Below, piece after piece: positions 63,854 to 64,000 of a DNA stretch of 64,000 bases; positions within the stretch are counted from its first letter, which is position 1; every line of letters begins with the position of its first letter. The notes below the pieces were generated by a model, which saw only the letters and a program-made list of their open reading frames with translations, ran no database searches and had not been told where the DNA came from. Location of the stretch: IMG/VR virus record IMGVR_UViG_3300049988_000286, positions 320,001 to 384,000 of that record; one strand, 5' to 3'. Both the position numbers and the translations under genes were made by a program. Source of the stretch: a virus. Its lineage: Duplodnaviria > Caudoviricetes.

Positions 63854-64000
63854 AGCAGATTGCGAACTGCGGGACGTGCAGAGCGATCATCGCCTCGATC
63901 GCGCAAGGGCGGCAATATGGGGACCGCTTGGCCCCCACGTCCTCTTTGCGGCAATTCCTACACTGGAACAGATACCAGCCGGGTGCCCACCCGAACGGAG
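63846..64000 (+). CDS. Hypothetical protein (partial)
   Basis: AGGA SD, open to window end. Confidence 0.4.
   Translation, partial: MKLADCELRDVQSDHRLDRARAAIWGPLGPHVLFAAIPTLEQIPAGCPPER

Noticed and set aside
1-64000. Stop-codon reassignment
   Set aside because: Long genes are intact in the standard bacterial code, TAA, TAG and TGA all end genes, and no suppressor tRNA is present.
1-64000. CRISPR array or diversity-generating retroelement behind the paralog array
   Set aside because: No regularly spaced direct repeats and no reverse transcriptase or template/variable repeat pair seen; paralogs are similar at protein level, not DNA level.
63846-64000. ADP-ribosylglycohydrolase (DRARAAIWG)
   Set aside because: The expected GDA(L/M)G motif does not follow, and the ORF is cut by the window end.

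Overview
This window looks like an internal 64 kb segment of a jumbo, T4-like ('TAAATA late promoter') dsDNA phage of an alphaproteobacterium; the host call rests on a SciP/DUF1153-like gene, an alpha-type IleRS and sigma70 promoters with a relaxed -10. All family calls come from recognising motifs by eye; no database search was possible. Content: nucleotide metabolism (nrdA, nrdB, glutaredoxin), a PlsC-like acyltransferase, two RNA-ligase-like genes, homing/HNH endonucleases, a beta-helix tailspike module, a PD-(D/E)xK exonuclease, an orphan adenine MTase, a full-length isoleucyl-tRNA synthetase, about 13 late proteins sharing a T4-like capsid-targeting N-terminus (several with ADP-ribosyltransferase-like motifs), and about 24 paralogous ~90-aa 'GIPF...VRERD' proteins. 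The standout is at 30240-31435: a consensus promoter, then a 47-aa leader ORF whose only Leu/Pro residues form one 12-codon run (LPLLPLLPLPLL), then mutually exclusive antiterminator/terminator hairpins, then an array containing only tRNA-Pro and tRNA-Leu genes. Each of the seven tRNAs in the first block has a cognate codon in the leader run. This looks like a ribosome-stalling attenuator that would switch on replacement tRNAs when host Leu/Pro tRNAs fail.
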